The translations under genes were made by a program, and so were the position numbers. The notes beneath the pieces are model-generated. The model was given only the letters and a program-made list of their open reading frames with translations, made no database searches and was not told where the DNA came from. A stretch of DNA of 64,000 nt from Haliotis rubra (taxonomy: Eukaryota), in assembly GCF_003918875.1 (NCBI RefSeq), contig NW_025764891.1:434001-498000 (forward strand), given 5' to 3'. Positions 61,801-64,000 of this stretch are shown here, piece by piece. Positions within the stretch are counted from its first letter, which is position 1; each line of letters opens with the position of its first letter.

Positions 61801-63333
61801 AAGGTAAGGCCAAAAAAAATAAATGTTGTGGATTCCAATTTCCTACATTTCAGAACAGGTTTTTGCAAAATATTTTTACATTGGTGATTACTCATGTGTC
61901 AGAAAATAAATTTCATTTATTATGTGGTGAGTAAAATTGTTAGGATTGGCGGGAATATTTAGGGTCGGCCGGGAAATCGGAACCACAAGCTTTTTTTTTT
62001 TAGGCCTAAGAGAGATAAAACCACTCTAACCCTACAGTGTGTGACAGGTAATTGACAATCCTTGATTGGTGACTACAGTAATTGCAGGTAAAGTCATTAT
62101 AGAATCCTGAGACAGCTGAAGGGTCGCATTACCTGCACTCCCCTAATTACAGGCTTGGATACACAAGATAATCACCATGTAATCAGTTTGGGGTAATCAC
62201 ATGGAAACAAGGTAGTATAATACCTTAATGCCATAGCAATACAATGCAAAACTGTATCATAAAAAAATGAAACCAATATACTTAGAACCACAACAACTTT
62301 TATCTGTATCATCTGCCTTGAGATATTCTTAATACATACTATGTGTACTATTCAACATTTGAGAGGGATTGAGTGTATACGACCTGAATGTGCAGGTTGG
62401 CTGCTTGGCAATGATGTGACAAAAACAATATGCCACAGTGTCATGCTACTATTGCATGTTCAGATTCATTTAATAAAGAAAATACACAAATAGCCCAGTA
62501 TCCATCATAAATGTTGTGTAAAGTAATTATTAAAGAAAGAATTTGAAGGATAAAAAAATACAGGAGGACAGGGAAATGAGGTTCTGAACACTATTATGGC
62601 AAATGGCAAGAAGGCAAATGGTAGTGTAAAGTACAGGCTAGTTGACTTAAAGTGTTTGACACTGACTCAGTAGGTAACATACATATAATTATTACCTACG
62701 AGGATGAAAATATTGGGGTTCATATTTTTCATATGATGCCCTTGGGCAAAATAATACTTTGTCATGGTGACGTGACGTCATGAACAATGCCATGATGTCA
62801 CGTTTCTACTGTGACATTGCGTTCAACATGCGGCGATGGCGGGTAGCCAGCCTGTTTGAAAGTAGATTTGGGTTTATTTTCCTCAATTGATGACTTCGGT
62901 AATAAACAGAATATCATATTTGTGTCATATCATACTATGTTTACGACACTCGTGCCTAAATATCGGTATATCCCTCACTCTCGCTCGGGAAATACATGTA
63001 CCAACATTTAGGCATTCGTGTCGTAAACATAGTATGACTCGGGCACTCATATAATATCTTCAATTTCTGTCATCCTGGACAAAAAGACATTTAAGCTTGC
63101 AGAAATATGATTAACATGTTTCAAAGCAAATATATTTGACCAATTTCTACCTGGATCTGTGCAAGGTGCCTGTATCTTGAATCAAGTGTGATACCACCAT
63201 GATACGTGTAATACAATCAACATACAGTGGAGTCCTGCAGTCCTCGTCGGTACCGCGCAGAGAGGGTATTTCCAATTAATCGCAGACACCTCAGATCAAA
63301 CTTTTCAGAATGTGTAGATGCTGCTGATTCCAT
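28832..63333 (-). CDS. EF-hand + WD40-repeat protein (WDR49/WDR64/WDR95/WDY-like), ~1007 aa, 25 exons
   Basis: Exons in transcription order: 63333-63226 (putative ATG exon, lower confidence), 61157-61017, 59133-58900, 58505-58446, 52575-52487, 49268-49176, 48401-48309, 46251-46131, 44781-44712, 42652-42446, 41683-41641, 41143-41038, 40623-40472, 39829-39727, 39204-39098, 38593-38514, 37939-37885, 37535-37424, 36802-36640, 35095-34944, 34216-34072, 33307-33179, 31099-30918, 30050-29932, 28991-28832 (TGA). All are AG/GT, phases match, and the total is 3024 nt. EF-hands: DVNRTGCLELDEF, DWSSEGSITWDEF. WD repeats: GGMDRIIRLWN, LRGHNAPI..IKIWD, SDGSVIKLWD, GRDGILRIWN, GHKEDI..SYDGEVIVWN, RGHVESI..SMDCTVRMWT. 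Confidence 0.92.
29040..29075 (-). other. Partial duplicate of the penultimate WD-gene exon (PRLTPSPPPPDV) with an intact acceptor; possible alternative terminal exon
   Basis: tgtgtttcag|cctcgactgactccctctcccccacctcct is paralogous to tgtgtttcag|cctagacggactccctctccacctcct at 30050. Confidence 0.5.
29306..29807. mobile_element. hAT MITE, 8-bp TSD atttcatg
   Basis: Ends tagggctgcaacgat / atagtcaccccta, with ATCGAT/GCAATAG subterminal repeats; same termini type as 31258-32905. Confidence 0.85.
30104..30343. mobile_element. MITE with CAGGGGTGGAAATAAC TIRs and a 5-bp TSD (ctcca)
   Basis: Perfect 16-bp TIRs; ctcca at 30099-30103 and 30344-30348. Confidence 0.8.
30410..30542 (-). mobile_element. 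SINE family B, internally deleted but with both ends
   Basis: Starts GACTCGTGAAGGTCCGGGTTGGAATGAACCTTCAGTAACCC; TSD atgtaatgagtgag. Confidence 0.8.
31258..32905 (+). mobile_element. Internally deleted hAT (Ac/ZBED1-like) transposon with a BED-finger transposase fragment (~31510-32060)
   Basis: 8-bp TSD ttgtcatt; TIRs taagggtgtaacgat / atagtcaccccta; motifs SAVWEHFG, CRKC..NTTNL..H..RH, IVKDLRPFSVV, SLTTDGWTS, then truncated. Confidence 0.9.
33405..33800 (-). mobile_element. 5'-truncated L2/Crack-clade LINE (ORF2 C-terminus + 3' UTR + (ATT)n)
   Basis: YKCLNGMAPDYL..RSLRS..FGKRSFAF..WNALP..FKTGLKTFLF; tail aagcgcacagagcat...gcgctatataaatgcaattattatt. Confidence 0.9.
34613..34785. repeat. ~170-bp near-perfect palindrome (foldback non-autonomous element)
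   Basis: gtcatactagtgcatttggatgttt...tcatgggagcagag / ctctgctcccatga...aaacatccaaatgcactagtatgac. Confidence 0.75.
35450..35694 (-). mobile_element. SINE family B (older copy)
   Basis: Reverse complement starts ACCTGTGGAGATCCTGGTGAGAATTGGTCTTC. Confidence 0.75.
36214..36384 (-). mobile_element. SINE family A
   Basis: Family sequence; TSD tttggg(a/g)aaaag. Confidence 0.85.
37982..38298 (-). mobile_element. SINE family C (Meta-like), 5'-truncated
   Basis: Reverse complement of the 6950-7306 element; TSD tgtcacaagagaa. Confidence 0.85.
39935..40111. mobile_element. Tc1/mariner-type MITE
   Basis: ta|cattcaaccct ... ggggttgaactg|ta. Confidence 0.5.
41936..42050. mobile_element. PIF/Harbinger-like MITE, TSD ctg
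   Basis: ggcctagattt..cgaa / ttcgaaaatctaggcc. Confidence 0.65.
42155..42385 (+). mobile_element. SINE family B (older copy)
   Basis: atccaggttagaatt...aacccatgcttgc...gctggaatattgccgagtg. Confidence 0.7.
42685..42920 (+). mobile_element. SINE family B, full-length, 32 nt from an exon acceptor
   Basis: Starts GACCCGTGAAAATCTGGGTTAGAATTGGTCTTCAGCAACCC. Confidence 0.8.
43545..43873. mobile_element. MITE with CAGGGCTCCA TIRs and a 5-bp TSD (atact)
   Basis: cagggctccagataa / ttatttggagccctg; atact at 43540-43544 and 43874-43878. Confidence 0.75.
43962..44130 (-). mobile_element. SINE family A
   Basis: TSD cataatgaaagag. Confidence 0.85.
46836..48255 (+). mobile_element. Tc1 (DD34E) transposon with a frameshifted transposase (~47030-48148) and a nested SINE A (47401-47536, -, TSD gaaggttga)
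   Basis: TA-flanked TIRs (t/c)agta(tg/ca)accagaaattattgagaattt; motifs VIFSDE, FQQDNDPKH, WPSYSPDLNPIENVW, with 34 residues between D and E. Confidence 0.92.
48480..48634. mobile_element. Inverted partial copy of the 43545-43873 MITE family
   Basis: gatactccattaaattccattcagtactc...aataaggagtacgtact...gttgaaaaattatctggagc is the reverse complement of 43549-43655. Confidence 0.75.
48735..49050. repeat. Degenerate ~75-bp tandem repeat
   Basis: gaggcatagatcagaagt..taaaacaa...ttatcat..atggagaatat recurs four to five times. Confidence 0.65.
49509..52102 (-). mobile_element. Non-autonomous DIRS1-type retrotransposon #1 (gag only)
   Basis: ITRs ~49537-49698 and ~51947-52094. The ICR at 49736-49777 is complementary to the terminal extension at 49509-49550. 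Gag-like frames: CCICK..DPHPWCPDC..C..C..C (51056-51445), an RS-rich linker, and 49983-50480. RT/RNaseH/YR are absent. Confidence 0.88.
52115..52360 (-). mobile_element. SINE family B, full-length
   Basis: Starts GACCCGTGAAGATCCGGGCTAGGAATGATCTTCAGTAACCC; 12-bp TSD ttatacattaca. Confidence 0.88.
52910..57958 (-). mobile_element. Degenerate DIRS1-type retrotransposon #2 (gag, RNase H, methyltransferase-like and tyrosine recombinase remnants)
   Basis: ~205-bp ITRs at 52941-53144 and 57745-57949. The two-part ICR at ~53200-53280 is complementary to both ends. Motifs: gag CDQC..DPHALCVDC; RNase H HLELRAV, HIPG..IADSLSR; MTase-like DLFATRF and YAFPP; YR ISELHALDV and PHETRALTS (53978-53995). RT is largely deleted. 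Confidence 0.92.
55498..56766. mobile_element. Tc2/pogo-like non-autonomous element nested in DIRS #2
   Basis: TA|ccgtatatgaccgactataagtcgg ... ccgacttatagtcggtcatatgcgg|TG, with internal CCGACTTATA repeats. Confidence 0.8.
60028..60085 (-). mobile_element. Ultra-short 3'-tail-only insertion of the same L2 family as 33405-33800
   Basis: Nearly identical tail; 17-bp TSD atcatcttatggaaata (60011-60027, 60086-60102). Confidence 0.8.
60575..60744 (-). mobile_element. SINE family A
   Basis: TSD ctgatctaccgtgatga. Confidence 0.85.
61805..62008. mobile_element. MITE with AGGCC(T)AAAAAAAA termini
   Basis: taaggccaaaaaaaa / ttttttttaggcctaa. Confidence 0.5.
62930..63040. repeat. Palindromic hairpin, probably part of a Crypton-like non-autonomous element
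   Basis: catactatgtttacgacac..gtgcctaaat / atttaggcat..gtgtcgtaaacatagtatg around a cactctcgctcg centre. Confidence 0.5.
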
Positions 63334-64000
63334 GATGAGATACTTTCACATCCGAGTATATTCCAAACAACTGATAAATCCACATAATCTTCCCAAGTCA
63401 GTAAGTCATTTACAACTCGACAACATACAACAAATCATGAATATTTTATCATTTAATTAGACAGTGTCATCTCTCGTGTGATTATTTTAATTATTCAAAC
63501 ACTGTAGTGAAAGATATCAAACATTTTCCTTTCTGACATTATCACACGTGCCACTGCTCTATTCATGTGTAGAACAGTAAACATGAGGAAATGGTAAAAT
63601 AACAAACAAAAATGATTAGAAAATGAAGAAGTGAGCTCGACCAGAAACAACTTAAAATCAGCGAAACACAAACACACGGTCTGAAAACATTTGTCATGAA
63701 GTTGTTTAGGTCAGTTAGTGGGTTTGGCTCACATAAATAAGATGAAAGCAAATACTGATTAACATGGAACGGTTTAAAGATGTTTTCAGTAACATGGATA
63801 TGTCTATATTTCTGACTAAAAGGCTTTCTTCTCTAGATCAGAAGAGTTTCAGTGACCAGATACCAAGTTAAATGTATTTGATTAATCATAATTCAAATTG
63901 CTAATGATTCTTTCTATTTGTGCAGATCTAGTTGATTTCTTAACATTTTGCTTCTAGTTTACTAATCCACTAAACATGATGAAGCCCATTTCTGGTGTAC

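Overview
Eukaryotic genomic DNA, most likely from a mollusc (gastropod/abalone-like, inferred only from the SINE repertoire and a mollusc-type 5S fragment). There are two assembly gaps (5986-6140, 19790-19992). Two multi-exon genes converge tail to tail. (1) On the + strand, an SLC6 Na+/Cl- neurotransmitter-symporter gene of the taurine/GABA/creatine group, with 12 coding exons at 6397-23927; the TM1 exon is not visible in the window. (2) On the - strand, a ~1007-aa EF-hand + WD40-repeat gene (WDR49/WDR64/WDR95/WDY-like) with 25 phase-consistent exons at 63333-28832. An intact tRNA-Pro(TGG) lies in an SLC6 intron. The introns are packed with mobile DNA: two different DIRS1-type retrotransposons with full ITR/ICR architecture, a DD34E Tc1, a BED-finger hAT and its MITE, several other MITEs, L2 fragments, at least four SINE families, and a mini Penelope-like insert carrying a hammerhead core. 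The most intriguing signal is an abundant headless SINE-like retroposon. Its copies all start within 1-2 nt of the same position, it has no Pol III A-box, and its first ~75 nt fold into a closed H-type pseudoknot plus hairpin, with a compensatory base-pair change between copies. It is a candidate unrecognised 5'-processing ribozyme or structured RNA. All calls were made by eye; no searches or folding programs were run.
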